Assembly (NCBI GenBank): GCA_019429125.1
Contig: JAHYJO010000003.1
Coordinates: 208-64,207, forward strand
Length of the DNA stretch: 64,000 nt
Source: Nanobdellati archaeon
GTDB lineage: Archaea > EX4484-52 > GLR71
Direction: 5' to 3'
Position 1 is the stretch's first letter; each line of letters starts with the position of its first letter. This document shows, one piece after another, positions 63,210-64,000 of the stretch. A model generated the notes under the pieces. That model saw only the letters and a program-made list of their open reading frames with translations, did no database searches and was not told the origin of the DNA. The translations under genes were made by a program, and so were the position numbers.

Positions 63210-64000
63210 TTGAGATTAGAATACCTTAAATATGCGTTTAAGAACATTAGCCATAGGCGTCTTCGCTCTTGGCTGACACTTATAGGTATATTTATAGGTA
63301 TAGCTGCAGTTGTTGCTCTCATATCTATTGGGCAGGGTATGCAGAATGCTATCAATGAAGAGTTCTCAAAAGCCGGTGCTGACAGGATTACAATTCAGCC
63401 TGCAGGCGGGTTTGGAGGGGTTTATATATCTGAAAAGTTGTATCAGAGTGATGTAGATGTAATTAACCGTGTAAAAGGTGTGGATTTTGCAACGGGAGTT
63501 ATAATTAAGACTGGACGGATAAAATACAAGGATCAGACCGAAACAGCTGCAATATTTGGTGTAGGGGCGGATGAAGATACAAGACAATTCATAGCAAATG
63601 TTGATTTTTTTCTGATTGAAGAGGGCAGGCAATTCAAAAGCATTGACAATAATGTTGCAATACTTGGAAATAATGTTGCAAAGAATCTTTTTGACAGTGA
63701 GATTCTGGTAGGCAAAAAGATAACTGTTGAGGGCAAAGAATTCAAGGTAATTGGCATACAGAAAAAGAGCGGAAGCCCTATGCATGACAATATGGTGCGC
63801 ATTACGACAGACGCAGCTCAGGAACTTTTTAACCTTAAAAAGACTGAAGAAGTGTCAATGATATTTGCAAAGGTAAAACCTGGAATTGATCCACTGGTTG
63901 CTGCTGAAGATGTTAAAAAAGAACTTAGAAAAGACCATAATGTCAAAGAGGGTCAGGAAGACTTTGTTGTTGTGACTGCAGGACAGATGATTGAGGGGTT
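63210..64000 (+). CDS. MacB/FtsX-type ABC permease, 5' part (runs off the window)
   Basis: TTG start. LRLEYLKYAFKNISHRRLRSWLTLIGIFIGIAAVVALISIGQG is followed by a MacB-type periplasmic domain. It is absent from the track because no stop codon lies in the window. Confidence 0.8.
   Translation, partial: MRLEYLKYAFKNISHRRLRSWLTLIGIFIGIAAVVALISIGQGMQNAINEEFSKAGADRITIQPAGGFGGVYISEKLYQSDVDVINRVKGVDFATGVIIKTGRIKYKDQTETAAIFGVGADEDTRQFIANVDFFLIEEGRQFKSIDNNVAILGNNVAKNLFDSEILVGKKITVEGKEFKVIGIQKKSGSPMHDNMVRITTDAAQELFNLKKTEEVSMIFAKVKPGIDPLVAAEDVKKELRKDHNVKEGQEDFVVVTAGQMIEG

Overview
AT-rich archaeal chromosome segment. The archaeal assignment rests on the L7Ae-S28e-L24e-NDK-aIF5B cluster, uL16/L10e, TBP, an LSm protein, aIF2-gamma, Dph2, DRG, and a BHB-type tRNA intron. 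The small genes, short spacers and patchy metabolism suggest a reduced DPANN-like genome, but that is inference only. About 60 protein genes and 7 tRNAs are supportable: Thr-TGT, Thr-CGT, Leu-GAG, Glu-CTC, Val-GAC, Gly-TCC, and Trp-CCA with a 120-nt intron. Housekeeping blocks alternate with accessory or decaying regions. Main observations: (1) Two MITE families with terminal inverted repeats and 8-bp target-site duplications: MITE-A (~168 bp, 4 full copies plus 1 partial) and MITE-B/C (~257 bp, 5 copies). No transposase gene is present in the window. (2) A divergent four-gene cluster in which a Cas4-like 4-Cys PD-(D/E)xK nuclease, not NurA, is paired with a HerA ATPase. Its promoter shares a GC-rich motif with the uvrA promoter. 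(3) A compact group-4 [NiFe]-hydrogenase operon with an HD-domain gene embedded in it and no antiporter-like subunit. hypA and a maturation protease lie nearby. (4) Many conserved-family genes are interrupted by in-frame TAA, TGA or TAG codons, frameshifts or MITEs. (5) A 5.3-kb block of essential genes is bracketed by ~168-bp inverted repeats, next to a repeat-rich 0.5-kb spacer. (6) A Schlafen/AlbA_2-type ATPase family has one intact gene and three wHTH-only remnants. (7) A tRNA-Thr 3'-end fragment lies 2.9 kb upstream of tRNA-Thr, next to a GC-rich structured element. No CRISPR array, rRNA, integrase or transposase gene was found.
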